Shown piece by piece: positions 32,084 through 41,991 of a stretch of 64,000 nt of DNA. The number at the start of each line of letters is the position of its first letter. The first letter of the stretch is position 1. Location of the stretch: NCBI GenBank assembly GCA_000146465.1, contig CP001946.1, one strand, 5' to 3'. Made by a program: the position numbers and the translations under genes. The notes under the pieces were generated by a model. The model made no database searches, was not told where the DNA came from, and was given only the letters and a program-made list of their open reading frames with translations.

Positions 32084-33610
32084 ATGATTCCTATTCTCTA
32101 TGGCTCCCAAACTGGAACTTCTATCTATGTCAGCAACCTCATAGAAAGAGCACTTTTGTACGGATACGACCCAAAAACAATTTACAACCTGGATTGCTTT
32201 TTCAACTCCCGAGATCAGGAAAACCTATCGTCAGTAATGGAAATGGATCTCTTTGATATAGAAAAAATTCTTGACATAGACTTTATCATATTTGTTTGTT
32301 CAACACATGGTGATGGAACAGAGCCATTTAACATGACTAAGTTCTGGTCTTTTCTGTCAAATAGTGATCTACCAGGCAATCTATTGTCGCATTTAAACTT
32401 TGCAGTCTTTGGCCTTGGAGACTCTTCGTATGAAAAGTTCAACTACTGCTCCAAAAAACTCTTTAACAGACTCAGGATGCTGGGTGCAAAGCCTGTGGTA
32501 AGAAGAGGAGATGGAAATGCCCAGGATAAAGAGGGATTTCTCTCTGATCTTCGCCCGTGGCTACTAGAACTCATGGCTCATTTTGATCCTCTCAAGATAA
32601 AGCACATTGATATTCTCTCTCTTAAGCCTGAGAAATATACCTCGAGATTGGTTGGGAAGAGATTGCTGACACCCGAAGGGCATTTCCAAAAGATAATAGA
32701 ATTGGTATTTGAAATTCCAGAATATAAAGAATTCTCGCCGGGAGATTGCCTGTCCTTTTGCCCAGAAAATTATAACTACAAAGAGTTTATGAAATACAAC
32801 GGCATGGAAGAAGATGTAGATGGGATATCATCGTCCTTAATGATGAAGCATTCAATAGACTTTAACTCACAACCTCATCAGCCATTCTTTTTTGCACTGA
32901 GGTATTTCTTGGATAGAAAAGGCGGTATCGAAGACGAAGTTCTTTTAAAGATAGAAGAGATTGCACAAGACTATGATTTATATTATGAATATATAGTTAA
33001 GCCCAAAAGAACAATATTCGAGGTTCTCCAGGAGTTAAGAGTGAAGGTTGATGCCAGGTTTCTCAAGAAATTTGTACCTACTATATACCCAAGGTTTTTC
33101 TCTGTAACAAAGAAGAAAGGTCTATATCATGTTACTGTTGCTGTTGTAAATTACAAGACTATCCTTTCTCAACCTCGAAGGGGAGTCTGCTCGGAATATT
33201 TGATGGGCCTCAGTCTAAACGATAAAGTCCCCATAGGAATTGGAAGAAGCAATCTATACTTTGGATCCAACAAGCTATTGTTTATATGCACGGGTACTGG
33301 GATAACTTTACCAAGAGCTTGTATCAACGAGTTTAAAGACAAAGAAATTGTTGTGTTTTACGGATTCCGATACAGAGATAGAGACTTCCTATATTCCGAC
33401 GAATGGAATTGCAAGAATGTGAGAATGCTTACTGCTGCATCCAGAGATGATAAGATGTATGTGCAGGATGTTTTCAATAGAAACCCCATTGAAGACATTG
33501 ACGAGTATTTAATATTTGTGAGTGGGAATTCAAGATTAAACAAGGAGGTGAGGAAATTGTTCCAGAAGTTGTATGGAAGAACAATTGCATTCCAGTCTGA
33601 AACATGGTGA
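32084..33610 (+). CDS. NADPH-dependent diflavin oxidoreductase, Tah18/NDOR1-like, with a flavodoxin domain followed by an FAD/NADPH-binding ferredoxin-reductase domain.
   Basis: The N-terminus has ILYGSQTGTS and a CSTHGDG flavodoxin signature. The C-terminal part fits an FAD/NAD-binding fold (RFFSVTKKKG…, GTGITLPRA). CCCC and CCC runs lie just upstream of the ATG. Confidence 0.7.
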   Translation: MIPILYGSQTGTSIYVSNLIERALLYGYDPKTIYNLDCFFNSRDQENLSSVMEMDLFDIEKILDIDFIIFVCSTHGDGTEPFNMTKFWSFLSNSDLPGNLLSHLNFAVFGLGDSSYEKFNYCSKKLFNRLRMLGAKPVVRRGDGNAQDKEGFLSDLRPWLLELMAHFDPLKIKHIDILSLKPEKYTSRLVGKRLLTPEGHFQKIIELVFEIPEYKEFSPGDCLSFCPENYNYKEFMKYNGMEEDVDGISSSLMMKHSIDFNSQPHQPFFFALRYFLDRKGGIEDEVLLKIEEIAQDYDLYYEYIVKPKRTIFEVLQELRVKVDARFLKKFVPTIYPRFFSVTKKKGLYHVTVAVVNYKTILSQPRRGVCSEYLMGLSLNDKVPIGIGRSNLYFGSNKLLFICTGTGITLPRACINEFKDKEIVVFYGFRYRDRDFLYSDEWNCKNVRMLTAASRDDKMYVQDVFNRNPIEDIDEYLIFVSGNSRLNKEVRKLFQKLYGRTIAFQSETW

Positions 33611-33679
33611 GTCTTTCCCTTGATTCTCCTGTAGGTTTAGTGTCGGTAGTAAAAGCAAAAATTTGCATCACCCCAAGAA

Positions 33680-34435
33680 ATGGTAAGTGAACAATCATGG
33701 AATTGATCTAACTTTTAGGCAATACAACCACCAGGATCATATCCACAAGGGAACAAGAAGGGAAAAGCCAAAAAGAAGGCTGGGCAAAATACATTTGAAA
33801 GGAAGGAGTGGTATAACCTCCGATCTCCATCGATTTTTCCCTGCAATATCAGTGGAAAGACCTTTGTAGCAAAGTCCACGAGCAAGAATACCAATTTGAA
33901 GCTTATAGGAAGGAGGTATGACGTTAACCATGCAGACCTTACGAAAAACAATGATTTCACACATCGGAAATTCATATTCAAGGTAGGGGATGTCAAGGGG
34001 GCCGATTGCATTGGATTCTTTGATGGAATGGAGTTAACATCTGATAAGCACAAAGCAATGATCAAGAAATGGCATACTCTTATCGAAGCTCAAAAGGACA
34101 TTGTGGCAAAGGACCGGAGCGTTTTCAGAGTGTTTGTCATGGCAGTTACGAGGAGGCCGCAAGGGTATACCAAGAAGACATGTTATGTCAAGCATTCCGA
34201 AGAGAAAAAGATCAGAAAGATTATGTTTGATGTCATTGAGCAGGAGCTTGGAGGACGTAGTGTTGATGAAATCATGAACAAGCTTTCTAACGAGACAGTT
34301 GGAAAGAGGATTGAAGAGTTGGGGAGCGAGATATTCCCCTTGCAAAACTGCTGCGTTAGAAAGGTCAAGACAATCAAGAGCTATCAAGGAGTAAGTATTG
34401 GCCAAGAGGAGGAAGTTGGAGCCATAGCTAATTAA
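33680..34435 (+). CDS. 40S ribosomal protein eS1 (S3Ae), a two-exon gene. The start-codon exon is 33680..33682, the intron is 33683..33718, and exon 2 is 33719..34435.
   Basis: The exon 2 translation AIQPPGSYPQGNKKGKAKKKAGQNTFERKEWYNLRSPSIFPCNISGKTFVAKSTSKNTNLKLIGRRYDVNHADL… matches the eS1 family (FTRKEWYD.KAP..F, GKTLV.KT, ADL). The reading frame is open exactly from the AG of the intron. The track ORF 33896..34435 is the downstream part of this frame, called with a TTG start. Confidence 0.8.
33683..33718 (+). other. Spliceosomal intron of 36 nt, placed immediately after the ATG of eS1.
   Basis: The 5' splice site is GTAAGT directly after the ATG. A branch-point-like CTAAC lies 6 nt upstream of the 3' AG. 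The sequence is …gatctaacttttag|GCA. Removing it restores the eS1 N-terminus. Confidence 0.7.
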
Positions 34436-34513
34436 AGCATTCTTTTTTCCTTTTCGGCCGATATTTCAGTGTGTCTAAATAGAAAGAAGCCTTGAAAATC
34501 ACCACCGTGTTGT

Positions 34514-35302
34514 TTAATCCTCGTCTATATCCCCAAGCCCCAGATCTTTCAGCTTCTGCCTCACCTTCTCATAGGTGTCGTCGGGGTTTTTGACGGTTAT
34601 TCCATGGACATCCTTATGGATGTAGATTTCGTAGTCGTTTCCTCCCTCTTGGGTCATATCCCCGAAGAAATACACATTCTCAATTCCCTCCTTCTTTATG
34701 TGCCTCAGACAGTATGTCTTGTCCCAGCCCTTTGGGAAGCAGTCAATTGATATCTGTCCTCCAATCGAGAACACCATACAGCTACCTTTGAATTTTTCCC
34801 TCATGGCTGCAACCATCTTTTCTCGGAATTTCTCCTTCTTATCAATCTCAAAAAACTCCTTGCGCTCCTCCCTACTGCAATTCCTTCCTATCGGGCTTAT
34901 GTTAATCATGGAGTTCCTATATTCAATGAAGTTACCCCTTTTTATGGGAATTTCCAGCTTGCTAAGATACTCTAGGACAAAGTTGACAAACTCTTTGTAA
35001 AATTTCTCCCCAAGGACATCGATTATCTTTTCCTGAGACTCCAGAGCCCCTTTCTTGTAGAAGCTGAGACCGTTTTCTGGAAATCCATAATCAAATAGCT
35101 CAAGAAGATCGTCTCCAATTTGCTCCTTTTGCTTTTCAAGGTCTGATCCCCCCACAAACCCCAGGCAAACCTTCTTCTTAAGTTTCCTTACCATCTTCTT
35201 CATTTTCTCAGTCATCTGAGCCCTTGATTCCGAAAGCGTTCCGTCCACATCAAACAAAAAGATTGTCTTCTCGTCTTTTGCCATGGTCCATTTCGTTTGC
35301 AT
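34514..35302 (-). CDS. Phosphomannomutase (Sec53/PMM).
   Basis: The N-terminus has LFDVDGTLS (the HAD motif I typical of PMM), and the overall PMM pattern is conserved. The start may be the second Met (MAKDEK…, 35284). Confidence 0.85.
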   Translation of the reverse strand: MQTKWTMAKDEKTIFLFDVDGTLSESRAQMTEKMKKMVRKLKKKVCLGFVGGSDLEKQKEQIGDDLLELFDYGFPENGLSFYKKGALESQEKIIDVLGEKFYKEFVNFVLEYLSKLEIPIKRGNFIEYRNSMINISPIGRNCSREERKEFFEIDKKEKFREKMVAAMREKFKGSCMVFSIGGQISIDCFPKGWDKTYCLRHIKKEGIENVYFFGDMTQEGGNDYEIYIHKDVHGITVKNPDDTYEKVRQKLKDLGLGDIDED

Positions 35303-35452
35303 TCCTTTTATTACATTTTGTTTCAGATGTTTAATTCATTAATGGGTATGTCAATCAAAAATCATTGGAAATATTCCAATAGGTCCTGGTCTTCGAAGAA
35401 GGCACAAACACAACTCAAGATTGATTTCTATACTCTAAAGGAAGCTTTACTT

Positions 35453-36490
35453 TTATTGTTCAATAGACTCGGAAGAAATACACTCCAAAATGGAATCGTA
35501 TCCCTTATCTTCATAGCATATTCTGTACACAGTGCTTATGAGAGGAAACTCATCAGTTCTCTTTTGTCTTTTCAGGTAATTGTATACAATAAGAGCTGTG
35601 TTTGGCCCCTGGAGCTTTGTAAAACACATGGTGTCCTCGGCCTCTTTTAAGCTCATTCTTTTTTCTGCCATAAGCTTTGCACATTTGAAGTTTCTTCCCG
35701 AAATGCATGATACAAGAAGATCCCCCACTCCAGATGACTGAAACAGGGACTCTATTGTTGCCATCGGGTAGAAAAATTTGAAGAACTTTCTCATTTCGGC
35801 AAATCCGTTCCTGAATATGGCGACCTTTGTATTGCAGCAGTAACCTAGTCCTTCTGCAAAGCCATATCCCATGGAAACAATGTTTTTCAAGGCTCCAGAG
35901 ATTTCCACTCCATAGACATCCTTGATTTTTGTGATCCTGTATGTGTAACTATTAAAGAGTTTGTAAACTATGTCGGCTGCATCCTCATCTGTATACCCCA
36001 ATGTCCCTTCGCTTATCATGTCTCGTGCAACTTGGTCGGCGATATTTGCTCCCATCACCACGCTTACATTTATGTTTAGAATCCTGTGAATAGACCTACT
36101 CACCAGATCTATGTCTCCATCTTCTGCGCCAATAAATCCTTTTGTCAACGACACCCCAATGCAGTTGCTCTTCACCAATCCCTTTAAAGGTTCTATGGCC
36201 TTTATATATTGATGGGGAAGAGCAAAAACAAGCACATCCGAGTCAGAAAGGGTGCATATGTCTTCAACAGCCTTAAGGTTCTCGGGAAGATGGATTCCTG
36301 GCAAGTACTTCGGATTGTTTCTCTCGCTGTTTATAATGTCGCTTAGGATTCTCCCCTCAAATTCCTCTCTATATCCCCACATCCTGACGTCCTTTTCAAA
36401 TATGCTGCTTTCCATCGTGTTGCTTGCCAGAAGCCTGCCTATTGCAGTGCCCCAGTTTCCATTACCTATGATAGAAACCTTCTTGGACAT
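35453..36490 (-). CDS. NAD-dependent glycerol-3-phosphate dehydrogenase.
   Basis: KVSIIGNGNWGTAIG is the Rossmann NAD-binding motif typical of GPD. NVSVVMGANIA…VA is the substrate-binding region. The start was taken at the internal Met with CCCC at about -20; the track ORF extends to 36637. Confidence 0.85.
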   Translation of the reverse strand: MSKKVSIIGNGNWGTAIGRLLASNTMESSIFEKDVRMWGYREEFEGRILSDIINSERNNPKYLPGIHLPENLKAVEDICTLSDSDVLVFALPHQYIKAIEPLKGLVKSNCIGVSLTKGFIGAEDGDIDLVSRSIHRILNINVSVVMGANIADQVARDMISEGTLGYTDEDAADIVYKLFNSYTYRITKIKDVYGVEISGALKNIVSMGYGFAEGLGYCCNTKVAIFRNGFAEMRKFFKFFYPMATIESLFQSSGVGDLLVSCISGRNFKCAKLMAEKRMSLKEAEDTMCFTKLQGPNTALIVYNYLKRQKRTDEFPLISTVYRICYEDKGYDSILECISSESIEQ

Positions 36491-36626
36491 TGTATTATTT
36501 GTTTTTGGGGTACAAGTTATTTTGTTAAATATCCTTCCATAGCTCTGTTTCACAGTCTTGGCAAGTTCGCAACTTTCATACACTTGAGCAGAGTCTTTCT
36601 TAAATTCCTTTAGAATACCCTCTCCA

Positions 36627-36917
36627 ATGGCAAGCACAAGGAAGGTGGAAGTAAACTATGTGGGAAACACTCGCAACACAATAGAATTGAAGATCGATGG
36701 AGAGACACACACACTAGGAAGTCTTCTTTCGGAGGAGCTTCTCGAAGACAAGAGATGCCTCTTCAGTGCATATAGGGTTGAGCATCCTACCGACAATCAT
36801 GTCTTCCTTCGCATTACAGCAGACAAGGATTGTCAAGTAAAAGACTTACTCCTGGAGACACTTAAGAGAATCGAGGAAGATACTGTATTATTGATAAGTC
36901 AACTCAAAGGATTCTAA
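36627..36917 (+). CDS. RPB11: RNA polymerase II subunit Rpb11.
   Basis: ETHTLGSLLSEELLEDKRCLFSAYRVEHP matches the Rpb11/RpoL family signature E.HTLGN.L..EL…..V.FA.YK..HP. Confidence 0.8.
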   Translation: MASTRKVEVNYVGNTRNTIELKIDGETHTLGSLLSEELLEDKRCLFSAYRVEHPTDNHVFLRITADKDCQVKDLLLETLKRIEEDTVLLISQLKGF

Positions 36918-36991
36918 AAAGACAGACCATCCTATTTATTCGATAATAAACCAGTAGATTTTGTCCAAGATACTTTATAACAAGTTTCAAG

Positions 36992-37357
36992 CTAAAGAGA
37001 AGGATCATAATCGCCTGCCTCCCTGATGTTTGGGGTTATGATTTCGCAAACAGCCATTTCCCCTATCTCGTCTCCTTTCTCATATACAAATTCCTCGTCC
37101 GAGTCATTGTAGACAATAACACATACCTCTCCTCTGTAATCGCTATCCACAACTCCTCCCAACTTCTTTATCCTTGTTGACTGGATTTTTCCAAAGTATC
37201 TCTTTGGGATCTTCATCATGAATCCAGCAGGAATCTTTGCTCCACATCGTGGGTCAACTTTACCCGAGCAATTCGAGTAAAGCTTGTAAACCCCATTTAT
37301 AAGCTCCGGTACCTTTGCTCCATCTAGAACTTTCACCGAGAAACCCTCTTCTTCCAT
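36992..37357 (-). CDS. dUTP pyrophosphatase (dUTPase), short form of 121 aa lacking the C-terminal motif V.
   Basis: GAKIPAGFMMKIP… and GGVVDSDYRGEV (dUTPase motif III) are present. The ORF ends before any glycine-rich RGxxGFGSTG-like motif V. Confidence 0.75.
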   Translation of the reverse strand: MEEEGFSVKVLDGAKVPELINGVYKLYSNCSGKVDPRCGAKIPAGFMMKIPKRYFGKIQSTRIKKLGGVVDSDYRGEVCVIVYNDSDEEFVYEKGDEIGEMAVCEIITPNIREAGDYDPSL

Positions 37358-37427
37358 GTGGGATTAACGAGAAAAAGATATTTTATCCCGGAACATTTTT
37401 TTCTGGCTTTTGATAGAAAGAATTTGT

Positions 37428-38135
37428 TTATTCAATAACAATTTCATCCTCTCTTACTCCAACGTCCCAGTTGGTTTTGATTAGATATGGATCTGATATG
37501 TGAACTCCTTGGCTGTCGGCATATCCAATCTGCACCTCATTCGACGCATTACAGTCCCTATAACAAAGAATCTCCATGGCCTCCTCAACAAGACGGATTG
37601 CCTCCTCTCTTGTTATCTCTTGTTCTCTTCCTTCTACCTTACTCCTAAGAAACGGAAGAGCCAGATAGCTTCCTATTCCTGTACATATTACATCCGAAAA
37701 GTAGAAGTTCCCCAGACGATCTACACATCCAAGTGTCTTCTCATTGGTCTCAAATTCCTCCTCGGAGTTTCTTACTGTCTTCACTCCTCCCACACAGACA
37801 CTTAGATTTAACGGGCTGATCCTACTTCGGGCTGAATATAGTATTCTTTGAACCATTTTGTGATAACCCTTTGGATCTATTTCTCTGTTGTCCTCCTCTG
37901 TCAGGATATTTAATGTTTTTATCAAGTACTGCATATCACTCACCTCCCCGGAAATTCCCACGAGTGTCCTGCTTCCAAATTTAAACATCCTCTGAACCCC
38001 ATTGAACTTTGTTAGGCGCCCGTAAGATGCCTTGGCGTCTGCTCCCATTATGATTCCATCCTTATATCTGAATGAGACCACAGAGGTTCCTGTTACAAAA
38101 TCCCTCATTTCCGGGGCATTTCTAAGGAACTTCAT
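37428..38135 (-). CDS. Proteasome beta-type subunit.
   Basis: The Ntn-hydrolase beta-subunit pattern is present: TGTSVVSFRYKDGIIMGADAKASYG… and GISGEVSDMQYL. The subtype is not assigned. Confidence 0.75.
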   Translation of the reverse strand: MKFLRNAPEMRDFVTGTSVVSFRYKDGIIMGADAKASYGRLTKFNGVQRMFKFGSRTLVGISGEVSDMQYLIKTLNILTEEDNREIDPKGYHKMVQRILYSARSRISPLNLSVCVGGVKTVRNSEEEFETNEKTLGCVDRLGNFYFSDVICTGIGSYLALPFLRSKVEGREQEITREEAIRLVEEAMEILCYRDCNASNEVQIGYADSQGVHISDPYLIKTNWDVGVREDEIVIE

Positions 38136-38229
38136 AACATTCCGATGTTTATGGTTTGGAATCAGGGACTAAACACCCTTCAAAGGGACCTGAACAAAGG
38201 AATCCTTCTCAATAAGACATCCCTTCTCG

Positions 38230-39924
38230 ATGGAAATAAAAAGATTGCCCAACGACGTGATTTCCAGGATTTCTGCAGGAGAAGTCATTACAAGACCCTA
38301 CAACATCCTAAAAGAAGTCATAGAAAATTCACTCGATGCAAACTCCACTCACATAGCAATTAAGATTGGGATAGATGGCCTTTCCCTTACAATCGAGGAC
38401 AATGGAGATGGAATACATGAAGAGGACTTTGAACTTCTTTGCAAGCAGTACTGCACCTCGAAGCTTACCAAAGAAGAAGATCTTTTTTCGCTGTCTTCCT
38501 ATGGGTTTCGTGGGGAGGCTCTTTCCTCCATAAGCCGATGTTCTAGGATCCGAGTCAGGAGCAAGAGAAGAGAAAATGAAATTGGACATGAAGCTGTGTA
38601 CCGGGACACAGAAATTGTAGCAATAAAAGGCATTGGAATGAAGGACGGGTCTGTTGTTGAAATCAAAGACATCTTCTACAATAATAAGGCAAGGGAAAAG
38701 CATTTTTCAAAGAAGAGAGATGAGATTCGAGAAATGATGTGGCTAGTTGGAATATATTCTGTATTCAACGAAGATGTTTCTTTTGATCTGTTTTATGGAG
38801 GAAAGCTACAGGAAATTCCAAAGTCCAAGATGTATTCTGGGAAGGACGGAAGTTCTAACGAAGATAGAGTAAAAATGAAGATCAAGATGTTGGATGAGCT
38901 TTATAAGGTAGATGGGGAGCTTCTCTTTTTGTTTGATGAAGGCCATCTTGCTATATTTTCAACTCCTCAATTCAGTCTAAAAAAAGGTGTGTTTATTCTT
39001 TTTGTGAATGGAAGATTGGTTGTAAGCCAAGAGATGAAAGAAGCTTTATTTAAGGTGTATAGGGGCCTAATTTCCGACGAAAGACAACCTTTTATATATC
39101 TAGAGCTGAATATAGAAAAGAGTATGGTCGATGTCAACATTCATCCGAGCAAAAGGGAAGTTCTCTTTACAAATGAGGAATCTGTAATTCAGAGGCTATA
39201 CGAATGCATTGAAAACAAACTGAACAAGATGAATTACGAGCAAAAGACATTGAGGCCGCTTCCAAGGGAAAGTAGCTTCCAAAGCCCAATTAAAGTGTAT
39301 TCAGACCCAGCATCCCAATCTATTGGCGAGTGTTTGGAGAAGGAGAAAACGGAAAGACGAGAGTTCAGTCTTTTTTCTCTTAAAAAGCTGAGGACAGAGA
39401 TAGTTGAGCTTGATTCCTCCTTTTTTAAGGCACTAAACTATGTTGGAGCGAAGGATAGAGATACTATTTTGGTTCAGCATGGCTCATCACTTTTAAACTG
39501 CAGGACTGCTCTGCTTCTCAAGGAATATCTTTACCAAACTCTGATAAGCGATTTCGGGAACTTCGAAAAAAAGAAGACGCTTATTCCAATTGAATCGGAT
39601 ATAGAAGATAATATGAGAGCGTTACTCAACGACTACTTCTCTATAGAGATAGTTGAAAGGAATATTGTCAGCGTTCCTATAATATCAACTATTTGTATAG
39701 ACCTCCCTACGTTATGGGCCGGATTGGATGTCAAAAAAGACTCTGAGTACGAGACATTGAAAAATATTATCAACACCATATCTACGCTTTACTCCTCGGC
39801 GGAAATGTCTCCAAAGCTTTTTAACGTCATTAAAAGAAAGATTGTTGGAACAGAAAAGGCATTGGAGTGTTTCGGACTTGTGGTGACACTCAAGGAACTC
39901 TACAAGAACTTCGAAAGATGCTGA
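38230..39924 (+). CDS. DNA mismatch repair MutL homolog (MLH1/PMS1 family), N-terminal GHKL ATPase.
   Basis: IKRLPNDVISRISAGEVITRP…LKEVIENSLDA (motif I), DNGDGI (motif II) and FGFRGEALSSIS (motif III) are present. At 564 aa it is shorter than yeast Mlh1. Confidence 0.8.
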   Translation: MEIKRLPNDVISRISAGEVITRPYNILKEVIENSLDANSTHIAIKIGIDGLSLTIEDNGDGIHEEDFELLCKQYCTSKLTKEEDLFSLSSYGFRGEALSSISRCSRIRVRSKRRENEIGHEAVYRDTEIVAIKGIGMKDGSVVEIKDIFYNNKAREKHFSKKRDEIREMMWLVGIYSVFNEDVSFDLFYGGKLQEIPKSKMYSGKDGSSNEDRVKMKIKMLDELYKVDGELLFLFDEGHLAIFSTPQFSLKKGVFILFVNGRLVVSQEMKEALFKVYRGLISDERQPFIYLELNIEKSMVDVNIHPSKREVLFTNEESVIQRLYECIENKLNKMNYEQKTLRPLPRESSFQSPIKVYSDPASQSIGECLEKEKTERREFSLFSLKKLRTEIVELDSSFFKALNYVGAKDRDTILVQHGSSLLNCRTALLLKEYLYQTLISDFGNFEKKKTLIPIESDIEDNMRALLNDYFSIEIVERNIVSVPIISTICIDLPTLWAGLDVKKDSEYETLKNIINTISTLYSSAEMSPKLFNVIKRKIVGTEKALECFGLVVTLKELYKNFERC

Positions 39925-40029
39925 GTGTTGGATGGAAACAAAAGTTGGAAAACATTAAAAATTTTGGACCTTAATATGAATTAGCCAATCTAGGAAGGAT
40001 ATAACCTCGGAAGTGCGGTCCCCTTACAA

Positions 40030-41928
40030 ATGAACAAAGGAGAATATGAAGCATTATACAAGAGATCTATTGAAGACAAGGAAAGTTTTTGGGAAGAGCA
40101 GGCCAAGGCCTTCTTGAAATGGGACAAAATGTTTGATAAGGTTTATAACAATAATTTTGAGAGCTCCAGATGGTTTGAGGGAGGGATGCTAAATGCGTGC
40201 TATAATTGTGTGGATAGACACGCAGCTTGTAATCCCGACAAAGTTGCAATTATTTATGATAGGAATGACGGAGAGTCGATTTGCTATACATTTAAAGAGG
40301 TGCTTGACGAGGTCATAAGAATTTCGGCTGTGCTTAAAGCAGAAGGCCTTAAAAAAGGAGACACTGTTGCTTTGTATATGGCAATGTCTCCTTATGCTGT
40401 GTTTTCTGCACTTGCATGTGCAAGACTTGGCCTTGTTCATAATGCCATTTTTGGAGGCTTTAGTGCAAGTAGCGTGGCTCTGCGGCTTGACGACTCAAAC
40501 GCCAAGTTCTTGATGGTCCAGGATGTTGTTGAGAGACACAGCTCGACCATAAACTTCCTTGGGAATGTAAGGGAAGCCCTTAAGGGAAGATCCATTCCTG
40601 TTTTGGTTTTCAATACTCTTCAGGATGAAAAGAAGATACTGGACGAACTGAACGGAGTTGAAGGTAAGATTTTAATCTGGTCAAAGGTCATGAAGAGGGA
40701 AAACGAATTTATTCCCTGTGTGCCTGTCGGAGCCGAGGATAGTCTTTTCTATCTGTACACAAGTGGAAGTACAGGAATTCCAAAGGGGATTGTGCATACG
40801 GTAGGAGGATACCTAGTGTATGCAGCTCTTACTTCCAAGACATGTTTTGACCTTCGAAAAGAAGATGTTTTTGCTTGCACAGCAGACATAGGATGGATTA
40901 CAGGCCATACATATGTAATTTATGGCCCGCTGTTGAATGGGGTCACAACAGTTGTGTTTGGGGGGACGCCGTTCTATCCTTCGTACTTCAGACTTTTCAA
41001 AATGGTTGAAAAACACAAGATAACACAGCTGTATACAGCTCCAACTGTAATCAGGACATTAAGGAAGTATTTTTCGACGAATCCGCTGGATCATGGGTGC
41101 GATCTGTCTTCATTACGAATTCTTGGTTCTGTCGGAGAGCCTATAAACAAGAATGCTTACCTATGGTTTAAGGAAAACTTTAACAAGTGCTCCATTGTCG
41201 ATACTTATTGGCAAACTGAATCTGGAGGGATTCTGATTGCTCCTATTCCATATGTTGTTGACGGAAAGCCTGAATGTGCATGCCTTCCATTTTTGGGCCA
41301 GGAAGTTGTTATTGCAGGCAAGGATTCGAAAGAGGATCATGTTATTGAAGCAAAACCTTATGAGCTTGGGCGTGTTCTTTTAAGAAGATCTTGGCCAGGA
41401 ATCGCTAGAGGAATTCTAGGAGATCTAGAGAGGTTCAAAAGAGTATACTTCTTCTATAAGGGGTTTTACTTTACTGGAGATGAGGGATACAAAGATGCTG
41501 ATGGGCACGTATGGATAAGGGGAAGGGCAGACGATGTGATAAATGTCTCGGGACATCGGATCAGCACAGCAGAGGTTGAGAGTGCAGCATGCATGGATCC
41601 CTACATAGCCGAGGCAGCAGCTGTTGCCGAAAACGATGAAATCACCGGCCAGGCGCTTTGTTTTTTCGTAGTTTTGAAGGATAAGGAAACACCACAGGAT
41701 AAAGTAAAAGCGTCTCTGAAGGAAACTCTGCGAAACAAGGTCGGAAAGTTTGTTAATCCCAAGGACGTTTACTTCTGCGAGGGGATTCCTAAGACTGCGA
41801 CTGGAAAGATCATGAGAAGGGTTTTGAAAAATATCTTGGCTGGAGACTCACTTGGAGATATGTCGACCTGCACCAATGTAGATGTTATCGAGGGTTTGAA
41901 AGATCTCGTCTCTCCAAAGGCAAATTAA
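40030..41928 (+). CDS. Acetyl-CoA synthetase (AMP-forming).
   Basis: YTSGSTGIPKG (AMP-binding motif) is present, and the overall ACS architecture is conserved (WWQTE, YFTGD…DG, GKIMRR near the C-terminus). Confidence 0.9.
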   Translation: MNKGEYEALYKRSIEDKESFWEEQAKAFLKWDKMFDKVYNNNFESSRWFEGGMLNACYNCVDRHAACNPDKVAIIYDRNDGESICYTFKEVLDEVIRISAVLKAEGLKKGDTVALYMAMSPYAVFSALACARLGLVHNAIFGGFSASSVALRLDDSNAKFLMVQDVVERHSSTINFLGNVREALKGRSIPVLVFNTLQDEKKILDELNGVEGKILIWSKVMKRENEFIPCVPVGAEDSLFYLYTSGSTGIPKGIVHTVGGYLVYAALTSKTCFDLRKEDVFACTADIGWITGHTYVIYGPLLNGVTTVVFGGTPFYPSYFRLFKMVEKHKITQLYTAPTVIRTLRKYFSTNPLDHGCDLSSLRILGSVGEPINKNAYLWFKENFNKCSIVDTYWQTESGGILIAPIPYVVDGKPECACLPFLGQEVVIAGKDSKEDHVIEAKPYELGRVLLRRSWPGIARGILGDLERFKRVYFFYKGFYFTGDEGYKDADGHVWIRGRADDVINVSGHRISTAEVESAACMDPYIAEAAAVAENDEITGQALCFFVVLKDKETPQDKVKASLKETLRNKVGKFVNPKDVYFCEGIPKTATGKIMRRVLKNILAGDSLGDMSTCTNVDVIEGLKDLVSPKAN

Positions 41929-41991
41929 ACTTCCATCAACTATTTGGAAAAGTCTTGATTGATAGCTATAATACCTTGATTTGTTTAGGGC

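Noticed and set aside
34385-34435. GTAAGTATTGG near the 3' end of the eS1 gene, considered as a possible second intron.
   Set aside because: No branch-point motif or plausible acceptor follows before the stop. The ORF terminates cleanly at 34435, and the eS1 C-terminus is variable among species.
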